Part shown: positions 50,955 to 64,000 of the stretch, piece by piece
How positions within the stretch are numbered: the stretch's first letter is position 1
Layout: each line of letters starts with the position of its first letter
DNA from: Camelus ferus
Lineage: Eukaryota
Direction of reading: 5' to 3'
Assembly: GCF_009834535.1 (NCBI RefSeq)
Contig: NC_045696.1
Span: forward strand, 20,958,001 to 21,022,000
Length of the DNA: 64,000 nt
The notes under the pieces: generated by a model
Database searches by the model: none
What the model was told of the DNA's origin: nothing
Seen by the model: only the letters and a program-made list of their open reading frames with translations
Made by a program: the position numbers and the translations under genes

Positions 50955-51347
50955 TTATCTGATAAAGGATTTGTATATAAAATATATAAAGCATACATAA
51001 ATAACTCAAAAATAAAAAAGAAACATAACAAAATTAAAAGTGGCAAAAGGTTTAATAGAAACTTCTACAAAGAAGATATACGAAAGACCAATAAGTACAT
51101 GAAAAAAATCTTAGCATCAGAAGTCAGTATGGAAATGCAACTCAAAACTATAAGATATCACTTCAAATACATTAGGATGGCAAAAATAAGAGAGGCAAAA
51201 AAATGAGAGCAATGTGGAAAATTTATATCTAATACATTGAGGGTGAAAATAAAATGGTGCAGCCACTTTGGAAAATAGTTTGGCAGTTTCTAAGAATGTT
51301 AAATGTAGAGTTACCAGATGATGTATATATATTTTATATATATATAC

Positions 51348-51386
<39 letters not shown>

Positions 51387-51975
51387 TATATACACACATA
51401 TTATATATATGATTATAGTTTTATATATCATAAGCAATTGAGAAAAATTGAAAATATGTACACACAAAAATTTGTGCATGAATGTTTACAGCTACACTAT
51501 TCAAAATAGATAAAAACTGAAAACAGTCCAAATGTCTGTCAACCAATAAGTGGATGAATGAATGGATAGATAAGATTTAGCATGCCCATGCAATGTAACA
51601 TGATTTAATAATAAAACAAAATGAAATACTGATACATTCAGCAACATGAAAGACCCTTGAAAACATTATACTAATTGAAAGAAGCCAGTCACAAAAGTAC
51701 ATATGTTGCATCATTTCATTTATATAAAGTGTCCAACAAAGGCCAGTTTATAGAGTTAGAAAGTAGATTGGTGATTGCCAGAAATTGGATAGAGAGAGGA
51801 ATCGGGAATGACTGCTAATCATGCTAATCTCATGATCTCTTTTAGGGGCAATGACAATGTTCTAAAATTAGACAGTAGTGACGATGCACAATTTTGTGAA
51901 CATACTAAATACCACCAGGTTATGCACTTTAAAAGGATGAAGTTATGTTATGTAAATTACATTTCAATACAGCTA
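50955..51975 (+). mobile_element. L1MB/L1MC-type 3' portion with internal (TA)/(CA) microsatellite
   Basis: Peptide SDKGFVYKIYK...EMQLKTIRYH..IRMAKI; AAATGGTGCAGCCACTTTGGAAAATAGTTTGGCAGTTTCT; 3'UTR ending TAAATTACATTTCAATA. Confidence 0.9.
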
Positions 51976-51980
51976 ATAGA

Positions 51981-52178
51981 CCAGAGATAAGAAATTTGTT
52001 TGGTAGTGGGCCAAAGAATATGTTCGGCTTTGCAAGCTACATATAGTCTGTGTCACATACACTTTTATTTGTTTATTTTTTGCCCAACACCTTAAAAATG
52101 GAAAAACCATTCTAACCTACAGCAGACTGTGGATCAGATTTGACCCATGTTCTATATAGATTTTCTACTCTTCATCTA
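51981..52178 (+). mobile_element. MER58-like hAT-Charlie element
   Basis: GGGCCAAAGAATATGTTCGGCTTTGCAAGCTACATATAGTCTGTGTCACA...CTTAAAAATGGAAAAACCATTCT...GATTTGACCCATG. Confidence 0.65.
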
Positions 52179-52181
52179 GCC

Positions 52182-52340
52182 CATTAGTTCTCATGCTTTA
52201 TTGATCACTCAAATCACTGAGAAACTTGAAAGTACAGGTGCCTGAATTTGACCCAGATGTTTCCAAGCAAAATGTGGGAATCTTTGTTTTTAACAGCATT
52301 CCTATGGGGTTCTTAAGCACATACATATATTAAAAAGATT
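52182..52340. mobile_element. MER5A-like hAT-Charlie element
   Basis: AGTTCTCA...AAATCACTGAGAAACTT...GGAATCTTTGTTTTTAACAGCATTCC...GGTTCTTAAGCAC. Confidence 0.55.
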
Positions 52341-53999
52341 AGAAAAAGTCTAACCTGGTATATGTATTGTACTTATTATATTCCCAATGGCCCAAATTAT
52401 CTGTCAGTCTGGCTCACCATTCCTTCCATCAATAATGATGCCAATGATGTTAGAATCAGAGTCTCCTATTTGCTGTCCACGTTTCATAACAAAATAATTG
52501 CTCTTTACAGTAAAACATATTAGTATATTTATCTTTACTATTTTACTTATTTATTATCAGTGAAGACCACATTTTCCTGAAGAAATTTTGCCATTAAGTT
52601 AGCATTTCTAAAAGTATGAACTAGAGCTAGTCCTATGAGGTATTGCAAACAAGTTTAGAAAATATTTAATCATGCATCTCCAATTGGAAATGTTCCATAT
52701 CCATTAACAGATTAGAATATTTTAGCTCTCTTGCAGAAAGAAATCTACTTCATTTTAACATAACGTTTCCTACACTTTTTCCGCCTTGTTCAACAGCACC
52801 TCCACAGTGTCTTAGTCACATACTTTGAGAACTCTTTTATTGGATTATTTTATTAAGGGTACTCTAGCCTGACCAGTCATTAGAGGTTATAAATACTAAG
52901 ACAAAAGTTTTCCACTTAGTATTCATGCAGGTATTTGCTGAAAAACAAGAAGATATTAATAAGGAAAGAGTACATTTATAAAAAATGAAAATATTGTCAT
53001 TAATCTTCTAATACTAGATCCAGTTCTTTCATATCTCAACAGGAATCTATGGTTTTAAGAGGAAACTAAATATTTTCTGCATCATTGAATAAGGACAGTT
53101 TCTTCATCAAGAAAATAATATGGAACTGAAATCTTAGTATGTCTCATCTTTTTAAAACAAAACCCAATCAGTACAATTCTCTCAGGAATCATTGTATAAA
53201 GAGTGTTGCAGTTTGGAAACTTTCAATTTCAGATAAGAATAATATAGAAATTATCTTTGAATTTGGAAATATGCAAACCATGAAATAATCTTTGGACACT
53301 GCTATAAAACTTAAATAAGTAAGTCTTAGAAAATTGAGTTTATATTTAAAACTCAAGAATAACTCTAAATTAATAAAGAATGTGTTTAAACATTTATTAA
53401 GACATGGTGGACACAGAGAAAAGATTCTGTCATTATTTGGTAGTGTTGTTATTTCACTGAATTTTCTCACACTTGGAGAATAATAGCAAAAGTTTTTTAT
53501 ATTTATTAATTCAAATAACAACTATTTCATATCAAGTGGTTTATTCTACATAATTCATTAGAGTTGAATCACTATTTCATAATGTAATTAATATGAAAGT
53601 ACACAGACAGGTAACATGAAGTAAATATAAAGGACCATATAGAAATATAATCCCTAAGGACATATTTGAGAATTATTAATTACTTATTAAAACAGTACAG
53701 AAATTGTGAAATGCATATCATATATTCTTAGAACATTTAGACTGTAATTATTCTTTTCTATAGTTGAAATTATTGAAGACCTAAGAGTTTTCATAGTTGG
53801 TTTGCATTATTTATTTAAAGAATGGTAGAGGATAAAGACATCTCTAAAATAAAATTTCTTGTCCTTGGTTTAGTAGTTGTCACAAGCATCTCTTGATTCA
53901 AGAGAATGGAATTAAAACATATTTTATAGTAGTATATCTGACTTACTGTTTTTCATTTCCTGTGGTAAGAAGCATATAATTTGTTCCTTAAATATGATT

Positions 54000-55235
54000 T
54001 AAAATATTTCTGGCAGTATGGCAGAATGACATGGCCGTTGGTTTCTCCTTTTTAAACTAAATCTGGAAAATTGAAATAAGAGTAAAGACCTAAAAAATCA
54101 TTCAAAAACTTCTTCCAACTTTCTCATGGTTAGTTATTACAGATGGCACTGGTGATTTGGTGGTTTTACAAGGACTCTGGGCCTGAGAAGGGTTGAGATC
54201 CAGGGAGCAAGTAAAGATTATAAAGATATTTGCCTGCCCTAAGCCTAGTTTAAGGGAGAACTTAATAAATGCCAACAGAGTTCTAGGAACCTGGACCTTG
54301 GCTGGGATGAAAGGTACAAAAGAGGGTTAGCAATTTCTGATAAAACTTAAGCCTTCCTTCTCCTCCTGTTTCTCACTTCATATCTTAAAGATTAGAGTAT
54401 TATGTTTATTACAAATGTTAAAATGTAAACTCAAACATTTTCCTATAAGAATCAGCAGTTTATTAGAAAATTCAAAGATTAAAAATAAGGAAATTACCCA
54501 AATTGCTTGAGATAAGGAGATAAGAATAAATGTGAGCTTATAAGAAATAACAGTGAGAAAGTCTAATTCATGTCTACTTGGATTTAGAGAAAGAAGAGTG
54601 AGAGATTAGGACAGAAGCAAACTAGAAGAAAAAATGTTTCAGAATGGATGAAAAAAATCAATTCAAATACACAAGAATATGTTCAAATCCCAAGTAGGGT
54701 AGTCAGTAGAATCTATATAAAGATTGAAAGACACATAAAGGAATATATAAAGATTTAAGGAAGAAAACAAAATAGTTCACTTTTAGAGGCAAGTTATGCT
54801 AACATCCAAAAATCAAAATTAAAATCCAGAAAACAATGTAATTTTATCTACTGTGATAAAAATACATAAATTTCTAGTTAGAATTTTGTACTAAATGCAA
54901 ATACTTTAATAATGTTAGATAAATGAAATTTTTACCAAATAAAAACAGTAAGAGTTGCACCCAGCAAAATCTCACTAAATATAAATGAATTAATTAGTAA
55001 ATTAAATAATGAAATAAAATAACAAAAAAGTTACTTCAATAGAAAAAAAGATCGAAGAAGAAATAGAGAATAAAGTTGTAAGCAGAAATATAATCACTTT
55101 TTAAACTGACAATAATGATTTTGAGGTTTAAGAAAATTAAGCTGAAATTAAAATATACAGCACTAATAGTTTATGCATTGACAAAGGATTAATGGAAAAA
55201 TAAAAGTTCTGATTTTTATTTATTAATCAGAAGGT
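54000..55235 (+). mobile_element. Ancient L1M/HAL1-like 5'/ORF1 relic
   Basis: GAAAGTCTAATTCATGTCTACTTGGATTTAGAGAAAGAAGAG; AAATCCAGAAAACAATG; TAGAATTTTGTAC. Confidence 0.55.
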
Positions 55236-55599
55236 GAATAGGGAAACTAGCAGACCTACAGTCACTGATCCAAAAATATCAAAACAAGAAATCTGGAAAC
55301 ATATATTCCTAAAAAAAATGGTATCAACTCATTTAGTAACAAATCCTGGGCTAAACAAACAAAATAAATTAATAATTTTTATTTATCTAATTTAATTAAA
55401 TTACTACAGATTTCACCACATAAAAAGTGGCTTTTATTTAATTTTAGTGTTTTTAATCTCATTTAAGATAGTTTAGCATGTATTTGAATTAACCTGATTT
55501 TCACCATCACTGTTTTAATTTTGTTTAATAAACTGATGCCTCTTCCAATTCTGGGTGTGGACATAGGATTGGGATCAGCATAGGCAGACAAACTATACT

Positions 55600-58200
55600 G
55601 AAGGAAAGAAAAAACAAAGGTTTTAGAAATCAAAATTTCAAGACTTATGGGTTATCAACCAATGCTTAAATCTCACCACAGAATATTATCTGGGTTCTGG
55701 GGCTGCTCGAGAAGCCAGAGACCTAGAGTTACAGACTTTTTAAAGGCAGAGTAAAATTTTCTTTATTGTCACTGTGCTTAAGGAGCAAAGCTAGTTTTGC
55801 CTACAGGTATATCCAGCATATTTGCTCTGCACTGGAGTAGGAGACTGAAGATACAGACTGGGAAAATGATTAAGGATAACAATCAATACACTGTAGATTT
55901 TCAGGAGTGAAGCCATGGAAATCTGTTAAAGTCTCAATCAAGAGCCCCAGAGCCCAACTCAAGGAATAGGAATGAAACTTAAGTATGTCAAGTATTCTCA
56001 AATTTCCATCCAGCAATGCCCATGTTTGGATTGAAATGTGGATACTCTAGTCCTGTCTGCATAACAGAGAAACAAGAGAATCCTCTCTGGCAGAAAAAAC
56101 AAACTAGCTAACAAACAAAAAATTTGGATTCTCTATAGTGACATTATACATAGTTTAGCATATTATAAAGATTACCAGACATTCAAATAGACCAAAATAT
56201 GACAGATATTTTAGAGAAAATTAACAGTAAAACCAAATGTACAAATTGTCAAGAATTTGGAGTTAGAAGGAAACATGAATAAAACTTTGCTTAGTACAGT
56301 GAAAAAACAGATGAAATGATGATTAAAATAGATAAAAGGAAAGAGAATTTTAGAAGAAATTTGGTATCATTATAATAATCATAACCATATTTTAGAATGA
56401 AAATTTTCCATATCTGTAATTAGCTAAAGGCATAGATTTAACAGCAGGTCAACACAATAAGATAAAGAATTAGCAGACAAAAAAATAAAATAATAGAAAA
56501 TACTCAAACTGAAGAAGCAAGAGGAAGAAAACAGACAGAACCAGATAGAGATGAAAGAGGGAATTCAAACAAGGTGACAGATAAGAACAGATGTGAAAAA
56601 GAAATTGATTTAAGGTGACTGAACGTACTATAGGATACAAAGAAAACTACACTTACAGCAAACAAAATTCCTGAAAATCAGAAAAAAAAAATTTAGTTCA
56701 TAAAAATAGCAGGAGTAAAAGATGTGTTAACCTCAAATAAGCAACAAGATGTATAACTCACTTCTTAAGGGAAGTAATGGGAAGGCAAGAGACAATGGAA
56801 TAATATTCTAAAACATTGTGGGTAAAATAATGACACATTTAAAGTTGCTGAAGATATTTTAAAGATTAAAAAGATAGTATCAATGTTATCCCCAGAAATG
56901 AAAAAAAATCTTTCATAGGATTTCAAACATTTTTTAAAAGGCACTAGAAACTACTTGTTTAATGAGTTCAAACTCGTTCTGCTTGCTGCACAGCAGGCCA
57001 ATAAAATCAAGAGACAAAGTATTGGGGCAAGAAATAACAACTTTATTTGGAAAGCCAGCAGACCAAGGACGTGGCAGACTAATGTCCTGGAGAGCCATCT
57101 TCCCCAAGTCAGGATTCAGGCACTTTTTGTACTAAAAAGGGAAGGGAGTGTGGTTGGTTGTTGCAAACTTTTGGTGCCAGACTCCTTTGTCCTTGCAGCT
57201 GTCCACATAGGACAGGTCATAGTGTCCCTGCAAACCTCCAACAAGACAAATGTTATTTTCTATTCTACGACTCTTTATCTTTATATGAACAGGAACCTGT
57301 TACACCCTTAAAGGTATAGGCTATGCTGTACATTTCAGGCTATAGGCAACATTCTTTTACAAAAGGTGCAGAACCAGCATGACTAAGCACTGGAAACAGA
57401 GCACAGGGTTAGAGCTAAAGGAACAGATCTAATGTAGAGTCAGATTTGTTCTTCCCTCTTACACACTCCTATGTGGTTTTTAATAAGATTTTTAATTCTT
57501 TTTTACTATTATTTTATTTCATTCAATAAAAAACTGTCATATCAAAATAGAGCACCTAAAAATGTTTAATCAGAGCACAAAAGTGGAAAAATTCAAAAGT
57601 TGATAGCCTAAGTACTTATGATCATTAATATGCATTGCTAAAAGAGAGAAAAAAATTGAAGACCATTCACAACTAGAAAAGAAATAATGGCAAATAATAT
57701 AACATATGAAAAAGTAACAAGAGTAACTCATCGAGTCAGTAAGAAAGGTAAAAAACTGCAGGAAAAAAATAGACTAAAGATTTGACCAAACATCTAACAA
57801 AACAGATTGCACAAATAGTCTATGAACAAATGAAAAGTTGTGGAAATATGTTAGTGATCAGGGCACTGATAATCAAACCCCATGCATTAGATTATCAGAA
57901 AACATTAAAAATTAAAAAAAAATTTAAGTGGGCAACTTCAATTTTAGCAAAGAGTTTGAACTCCTGCAACATTTATCCATTGTTGGTGGAGGTATAAACT
58001 GACACTACCTGGCTTATTCTGAGCATCCCAAATGTCATGGCCCAGCAATTTAACTATAATATGGGATATAAAACTCAGGTAAGTACTGTACTGGAAGGCT
58101 TTCAAATATGCTCTAAGACATGCATTGTTTATAAAGGCATAAAACTAAAAACAGTTCATTTATCATGAAATGGAAATAACAAAAATAAAATAGATAAATG
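55600..58200 (+). mobile_element. Old L1 (5'/ORF1 relic joined to ORF2 3' relic), interrupted by an ERV1 LTR
   Basis: GATTTAACAGCAGGTCAACACAATAAGATAAAGAATTAGC (ORF1 region); TATGAACAAATGAAAAGTTG, CATTGTTGGTGGAGGTATAAACTG (ORF2 end). Confidence 0.6.
56956..57463 (-). mobile_element. ERV1-class solo LTR, lineage-specific
   Basis: TG...CA termini; minus-strand AATAAA near 57045; near 4-bp TSD TACT/CACT; sharp composition shift from the flanking L1. Confidence 0.8.
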
Positions 58201-58219
58201 AACTGTTATGTGCTCATCC

Positions 58220-59900
58220 AACAAATTTGAACAGGTGCCTGAGTGCATGGGATGAAAAAGCTTTGCATATATCTTGGGATAAAAGCCGTTCAAGCAGAAG
58301 GAACAACTAAAGCAAAGACACAAAAGTGCATCTGCACTTGGCATATTAAAGGACCTACAAAGTAGCTAGAGAATTACAGTAGAGTAGGAGGCACAGAAAG
58401 GTAGAAGGGCAGGTCAAAGAGGTAATGAGAGAGACAGTTTATATAAATCTATGGGGCTTATTCTGAGAAGAGAATCTACTGTATAGTTTTGAGCAGAAGT
58501 GTGACATTGTCTGATTTAAGTTTTAACAGGATCATTTGAAAACAAAATTATAGTGGATAAAGATGTAAATATGTTTCCAAGGGAAATATTTCTGCAGCTA
58601 TTGCAATAATCTTGTTGGGAGAGAGCAGGGATTTAGAGCAGTAGCTTACAACAGAGGAGTTGGGGAAAAATGGTCAAATTATGAATATGGTTGATGAATG
58701 AGTATCCAATACAAAGAGTTCAGATGTTCAAGATATTGTACCTGTTACGATTCTATTTTCTGAAACCAGTAAACTCTTGAAACATCAAGGACTTAGCCTT
58801 TGTACATTTTGCACACATGTATTAATCTGCTATTTTTTGTTTGTTTGTTTGTGTGCTTGTTTTTGGTAAGGAGGATCTCATCCAAGCAGTGAAGTAGGTA
58901 TCCCAGGTCCTTTCATTATATAACTCTGCCCTTGTTACATATGGTCTGGGGATGTCTCCATCCTACCCATCAGAGCGCAAAGGAGCATAGAGGGTTCTAA
59001 GTGATACTTAGTTTCAAGCTAGGAATTTAAGTGGTATACTTCACATCTGTGTGAACTCTAATGGCTAGAATTAGTGACACTGTCTCATCTACCACAGTGG
59101 AAATGGGGACATATTATCTGGAAGAGAGAAATTAATTTTGTTAGTCTGGTGGGGATGCTTCTTCCACAGCTCCACAGTCTTGGACATGTGGAGCTGTAGA
59201 ATACTTTAGATGTCTTCGTGCAGGTGTTGATAAGGCGCTTAACTGTGTGTATCTGCAGATGAGGGAGAAGTTTTAGCAGCTCATTAAATTGGCAAAGAGC
59301 CAGCACATAACTGATACTTAAAATCAACAATAAAGTGAGTATTGGAAGGGGACAAAGATGCCCTGATAGGCTCCAGTGTTTGAGTCCAGGGAAATGAGGA
59401 TAAATTAACAAAAAGTCTGAAGGTTGAGGTCATATGCAAGTTTTTTTTTTTTTCCTTTTAAATTTTGTCAGTGAAATAAGAATGAGGGTCATCAGTTGAG
59501 AGTGAGATTCAGGGAGGCATTTGAAATGGAGACACAGCTATAAATTAAGGAAATGAAAGAAGAAATGGGCTTGCCAAAATACAGTAGGATTGACAGGCAT
59601 CAGCATTGATGTTAGAGTTTTCTGATTGAAAGTAAGACTACTCAGGAAGATTGTAAGTCTTCTTAACCACCCACATTTGCCGGCTCTACAGTGGACATGA
59701 ATTGGAATTTTCCAGGCTTGCATCATGAAAATAGTGGTTTGTGCAAGGTAGTTGTTATTGTGTATGAGTGCAGTTTTATGATGGTGAAATATGGAATCAA
59801 AGAAGAAGATAGTTTGGATGTTGAAGAGTCTAAACTGTTAAGCAGAGAATTAGGATGCTGAAAAACATATGTGTAGGACAATAAAAAGCTGATAGAATTC
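58220..59900 (-). mobile_element. L2 relic interrupted by an old MaLR LTR
   Basis: TTCAAGCAGAAGGAACAACTAAAGCAAAGAC; GTTTTGAGCAGAAGTGTGACATTGTCTGATTTAAGTTTTAACAGGATCA. Confidence 0.65.
58743..59168 (-). mobile_element. MLT1I/J-like MaLR LTR, decayed
   Basis: GTATCCCAGGTCCTTTCATT...CTCTGCC; CTAATGGCTAGAATTAGTGACAC; ends CTTCCACA. Confidence 0.55.
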
Positions 59901-59949
59901 ATGGAATTTGAAATTTCAATTGCTATACATAAAAGATGATCAGTAAATG

Positions 59950-61430
59950 AAAAATTATACTTTCTTCATTGATAAAATGATTTAACATTATAGTATTTTA
60001 TTTCTTTCCTCATTGATCAATAGATTAAATGTAATCCTTATAACAATAATAGCAAGACTTCACTGATGACCTCAAACAACTTACTCTATAAATTTTTTGG
60101 ATATTTAATGATCCATGCATAATTAATTGCCACAAGATCGTATAGAAAAAGCAATATAGTCCTGACAGTGAAATTAGCAAACAATAACACAGTATTGAAA
60201 GCTTAATAAAGATGCAAGTATATATGGGAAATGGCAACATGATAAAAGTGTTACCATATATCAATGGGAAAAGGATGAATATTTAATGAATCATTTGGGA
60301 AAAAAAAGTTATCATTTAGAGAAAACTAGAGCTATAGATTTATGTTATGCTATATAGGAAACATACCCCAATAATTTAATGGTCAAAATGTAAAAGACAA
60401 AACTGCTTGTTTAATCAAAGGATATTCAGAGAACTGATTTTTTCCTTAGGGATAGAGATGGATGTATTAAACAAATCCCAAAAGAATATATCATAAGCAA
60501 ATCTATAGATTTGATAATATAAAAAAATAAAGAATTTCTGTTCAATGAACAGCTATCCTGAATAAGAGGTAGATAATAGTATAAGAGAAATTATTTGCAC
60601 CATCTAAATCTGAAAAGAGATCAATCTCTAAAATATAAAGGTATCCTTCCTCAAACTCAAAGTTAATATTAGAAAATTAAGGATTAGTGAATAAACAGGA
60701 AATCTGTAGAGCCTGATAAGTCCATTAATACTCTGGGACACAATTGTCCAATATGTTGCCTGTGGGTCTGTAAAGCAATATAACCATTCTGGAGATGAGC
60801 CTCAGAAGAATGTAATGAAATCAGGAGAATATTCTCCCTAGGATCCAGCATTCCATCTTACATGTATACAAATGGAAATGTTTGCCTTTGTGACTTTCAC
60901 TGTAGTTTTGTTTAATTGGTTATTGGCAACCATATGTATTCCTTCAACAAGAGAAAGTATAGGTAAAATGTGATGAAATCACACAAAGCAACATGTTCAG
61001 CAATTATAAGCGATGAACTGTTAAGAAGTACCAACGTGGCTGCAGACCTTAATGGTACACACATTACATGATGCTGCATAGATTACATAATGCTATATAC
61101 ATAAGGCTGAGTGAAAAAAATAGAAGAGGAATGAGAAATGGTTTCCAATATCATAAACTAAAATTAAAAGCATACACACAAAAAATCATACTATGTATTT
61201 TTTTAATGATGGAAATATATTATAAGATGTTTATCAGACACACTGAAACATATATTTTGGAGAAGAGGGGAACAATAATGTGGATAACAGTAAACAAAAA
61301 ATTAAAAAAGAGGAGAAAACTAAAATGGACTTGCGTAGACAATGGTAGTATAACATTAACTGAGAAAAGTAATTATCAAATTGCACATATCTGCTAACTA
61401 ACTAGAGACATTTGATAAATACATAATTTT
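59950..61430 (+). mobile_element. L1ME-type ORF2 3' and 3'UTR relic
   Basis: ATCAATGGGAAAAGGATGAATATTTAATGAAT; AACCATTCTGGAGA; GGATCCAGCATTCCA. Confidence 0.7.
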
Positions 61431-62908
61431 TACTATTTTTTTCCTGTTTTCCAGACAAAACCATATTTTCTCTCCTTGCCTCATTTGGAGAATATTTTAT
61501 TTCTAAATTATTTTAAAATAACTTATATACACTTGAACTAAAATTGTAGATTCTTTTAAGAGCAGGATATTTTAAAAAATTGACATAATTTTCAAGTCTG
61601 CCTATTGTGCAGGTAAATTATTTTTCTTACATCACAAGTATATTAGATTTCTTTTTTTTTTTTTTGCTTTTTGTGACTTTGTAAATATAAATAAAATTTA
61701 ACACTATTTCGAAAGATTTTTTAAAATTCTCTCCTCTTATATTTTATCCTATTATCTCAAATAGAGCATTTTCCCTTTGATGTTTCATTTAACAATAAGA
61801 AAGTGAGAGTCTGAGACAGAAAGTTAGAGACTTACATCCTGTGATTTCATATTTAAATTCAAATTTCTTTAAATCCCTAGTCTTGTGAGTATTCCCTGAG
61901 AAACACTGGATTTAATATGAGCTCTGCAAATCAGTATGTTTGCGACCACCAGTTTATATTGTATTCCTAGTAGTTTTAAAATGCTTCTAACACTATAGAT
62001 ATGGTTTTAATAACGCACAAGCTATATTTTTCTTCTATAGAATAAATTAAAATTTAACTATATTTATATTGGTAGGTTTCACTGCACAGTTAATATTTAG
62101 AAGTATCCTAGTATATGTTTTTCACTTAGAATTACCCCAAGTAATGAAAGTTAACAAGCACTTTTCATTTTCCACTTTCAAATTGCTTTCTCTCTTGAAC
62201 TTGAATTTAGAAATGGCAGAATCTCAGTAGAGGTAGAGGGTAATTTCCCACAAGACCTGGCTAATTTACAGCTTTCAACACACCAATGACCCCTGCAATT
62301 TGGCAGTTGCTTCATTAATTCCTTTACACCTGCTCCATTTATCTTGTAAAAAGCAGACAGATAAAAGGCACAGTCCTCTCTCACTCAGCTATTGTGAAGA
62401 AAAGTCCTTTGTGTAAATTGTAACCAACATCATGGAAAACAAAAAGACAATAATGTCAGATGAATGTTCCCAGTTTGTCTGTGGGACAGAGAAGGAAAGT
62501 TTGAAAGGTCACATATTCTGAGAAGTTTTTTTCTACTCTTTGAAGTGCTATTCAAAGAAGACTTCAGTTTCACCAGGGACTGCCATTTGATTTATGTAAC
62601 TTTAAAAAAATAAAAATAAGAATAGTCTGAAAGATTTTGTAAAAATTTAAAATAATGCATTATACTTAATGATAAGTTTTATAGGCACCCTGATTATCTA
62701 TCTATCAAAAAAACTAAACACAATTTTAGGCTACCTATATTTTATACCTTTATAATACCAAGCAGTTTATCTCCATGAAACATAAACTGTAACATGGTAC
62801 TTCTAGCAGCATACGAAATGTGCTTTTATCAACAAAGACTTACATTAATTAAAAATAAAACATTTTAACGTTATATTTACAAACTCATTTAGTTATCTGG
62901 TTAACTAC

Positions 62909-63400
62909 TGTCGACTGAAATAAATGCACTGCCTAAAAGTGGAGAGTTACATTTTATTTGGCAGACATTTCTGAGGACTCGAACTCCTTCGAGCCCGGGA
63001 TGACAGCCTCTCAAATAGCTCTAGGGACTGCTCTGGAGAGTCAGGGGAGGAGCTAGGATACACAGGAGCTTTACAACAAAGACCAGGTAGTTGGAACATT
63101 AAAAGATTACTTGTTAACTAAAGAAAACCAGGCATCTCAAGAATTTAGCGCTTTTCCATGTATGGGAGGAAGCAGACATTTGGGCTCATTGAATTCATTC
63201 CTTTGACAAGCACCTAGCTATCTAGGGCCAGTATCCTGTCCCTTTCTTATTCTGAGTGCCCTCAGGGTACACCATTGTGAGTGGCTGCAGAGGCCAGGCT
63301 ACAGGCTTGTCTTCACTGGGGGGTGGCGGCAGCCACTGATGACTTGATGGCTTCAGCATTCTTTGTTTACCGATGTGGCTTGCAGTATTTTTCGTTCACA
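62909..63400 (-). mobile_element. MER41-like ERV1 solo LTR, comparatively young
   Basis: TG...CA termini; MER41-like blocks CTGAGGAC...GAGCCCGGGATGACAGCCTCTCA, CATTCCTTTGACAAGCACCTAGCTATCTAGGGCCAGTATCCTG, GCATTCTTTGTTTAC; several retained CpGs. Confidence 0.8.
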
Positions 63401-64000
63401 TTATCCAAGTACTTTGTTCATTCTGTAGTATTTTTGCAATTGTATATATTTTTCATAGACTGTAACCTTCATGAAAACAAATGCAATTTGTGTTTTGTTC
63501 CTCTTTTAAGGTAAACAGCTTGTGGTCTCAGTTTCTAGTAGATGCAGTACATTTTAAAAAATAATAGAATTAGACAAAATAAATTAAGAAGAGCTTTTAA
63601 GAATTTGCAATTATTGACATAAATTAAATGAGGATATAAACTTAAATTAAATATAGGTACAGGTTTCCTTCCCAATGTCACCGTTATTTTATTAAAGATT
63701 GATGATTGATGTTTACTGCAGACTGTGGGTATTTAATTCTTTGGTAAGATCTCCACGCCCATATTGCCCCGAGAAAGGTTTAACTTACACAGAGGCTGTT
63801 TCATTCTTGTGTTTCCTGGATATATAAGTTTACAAATACATAAACTCTATCATCAGAGACTGAATAAGAAAATATTAATAAGTCACATCATCTCTATAAT
63901 TATTAAAATGGGTAAAACTGAAAAATCACATCGCAGATTTAGGCAGCATTGGGGTTTTTTTTTTAATAGTTCAATCTGTATTATTTAGTTATAAGAATTA

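Noticed and set aside
56955..57311. 118-aa ORF as a gene
   Set aside because: Starts at TTG on the LTR boundary and is the antisense reading of a solo LTR.
1..64000. CRISPR arrays, operons, prokaryotic defence systems, CpG-island promoter, rRNA or NUMT
   Set aside because: The sequence is mammalian repeat-rich DNA. I saw no regularly spaced repeat-spacer array, long ORF, CpG island or rRNA/mitochondrial similarity.

Overview
AT-rich, CpG-depleted mammalian genomic DNA, intergenic or deep intronic. It is most likely from a camelid (alpaca/llama/camel), because it carries two copies of a short tRNA-Ala(AGC)-derived SINE matching the camelid Vic-1 type. I recognise no host protein-coding gene. 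The only convincing protein homology is to decayed LINE-1 ORF1/ORF2 (29.2-33.2 kb, minus) and to the N-terminus of a Tigger7/MER44 transposase (about 35.0-35.2 kb, minus). Much of the window is layered transposon relics: MIR, L2, old L1M/HAL1-like pieces, MaLR and ERVL solo LTRs, ERV1-class LTRs (including a CpG-retaining MER41-like copy), hAT/Tigger DNA transposons and microsatellites. Several insertions are nested and keep readable target-site duplications (TSDs). I found no convincing new biological system. The best leads are (i) a repeat-poor island at about 10.5-13.1 kb holding a speculative two-exon minus-strand small-ORF model and a convergent plus-strand exon candidate, and (ii) an L1 that keeps its 5' end but stops mid-ORF2 at an A-rich tract. 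Repeat family names come from recalled consensus motifs, not a database search. Boundaries are approximate unless a TSD is quoted.
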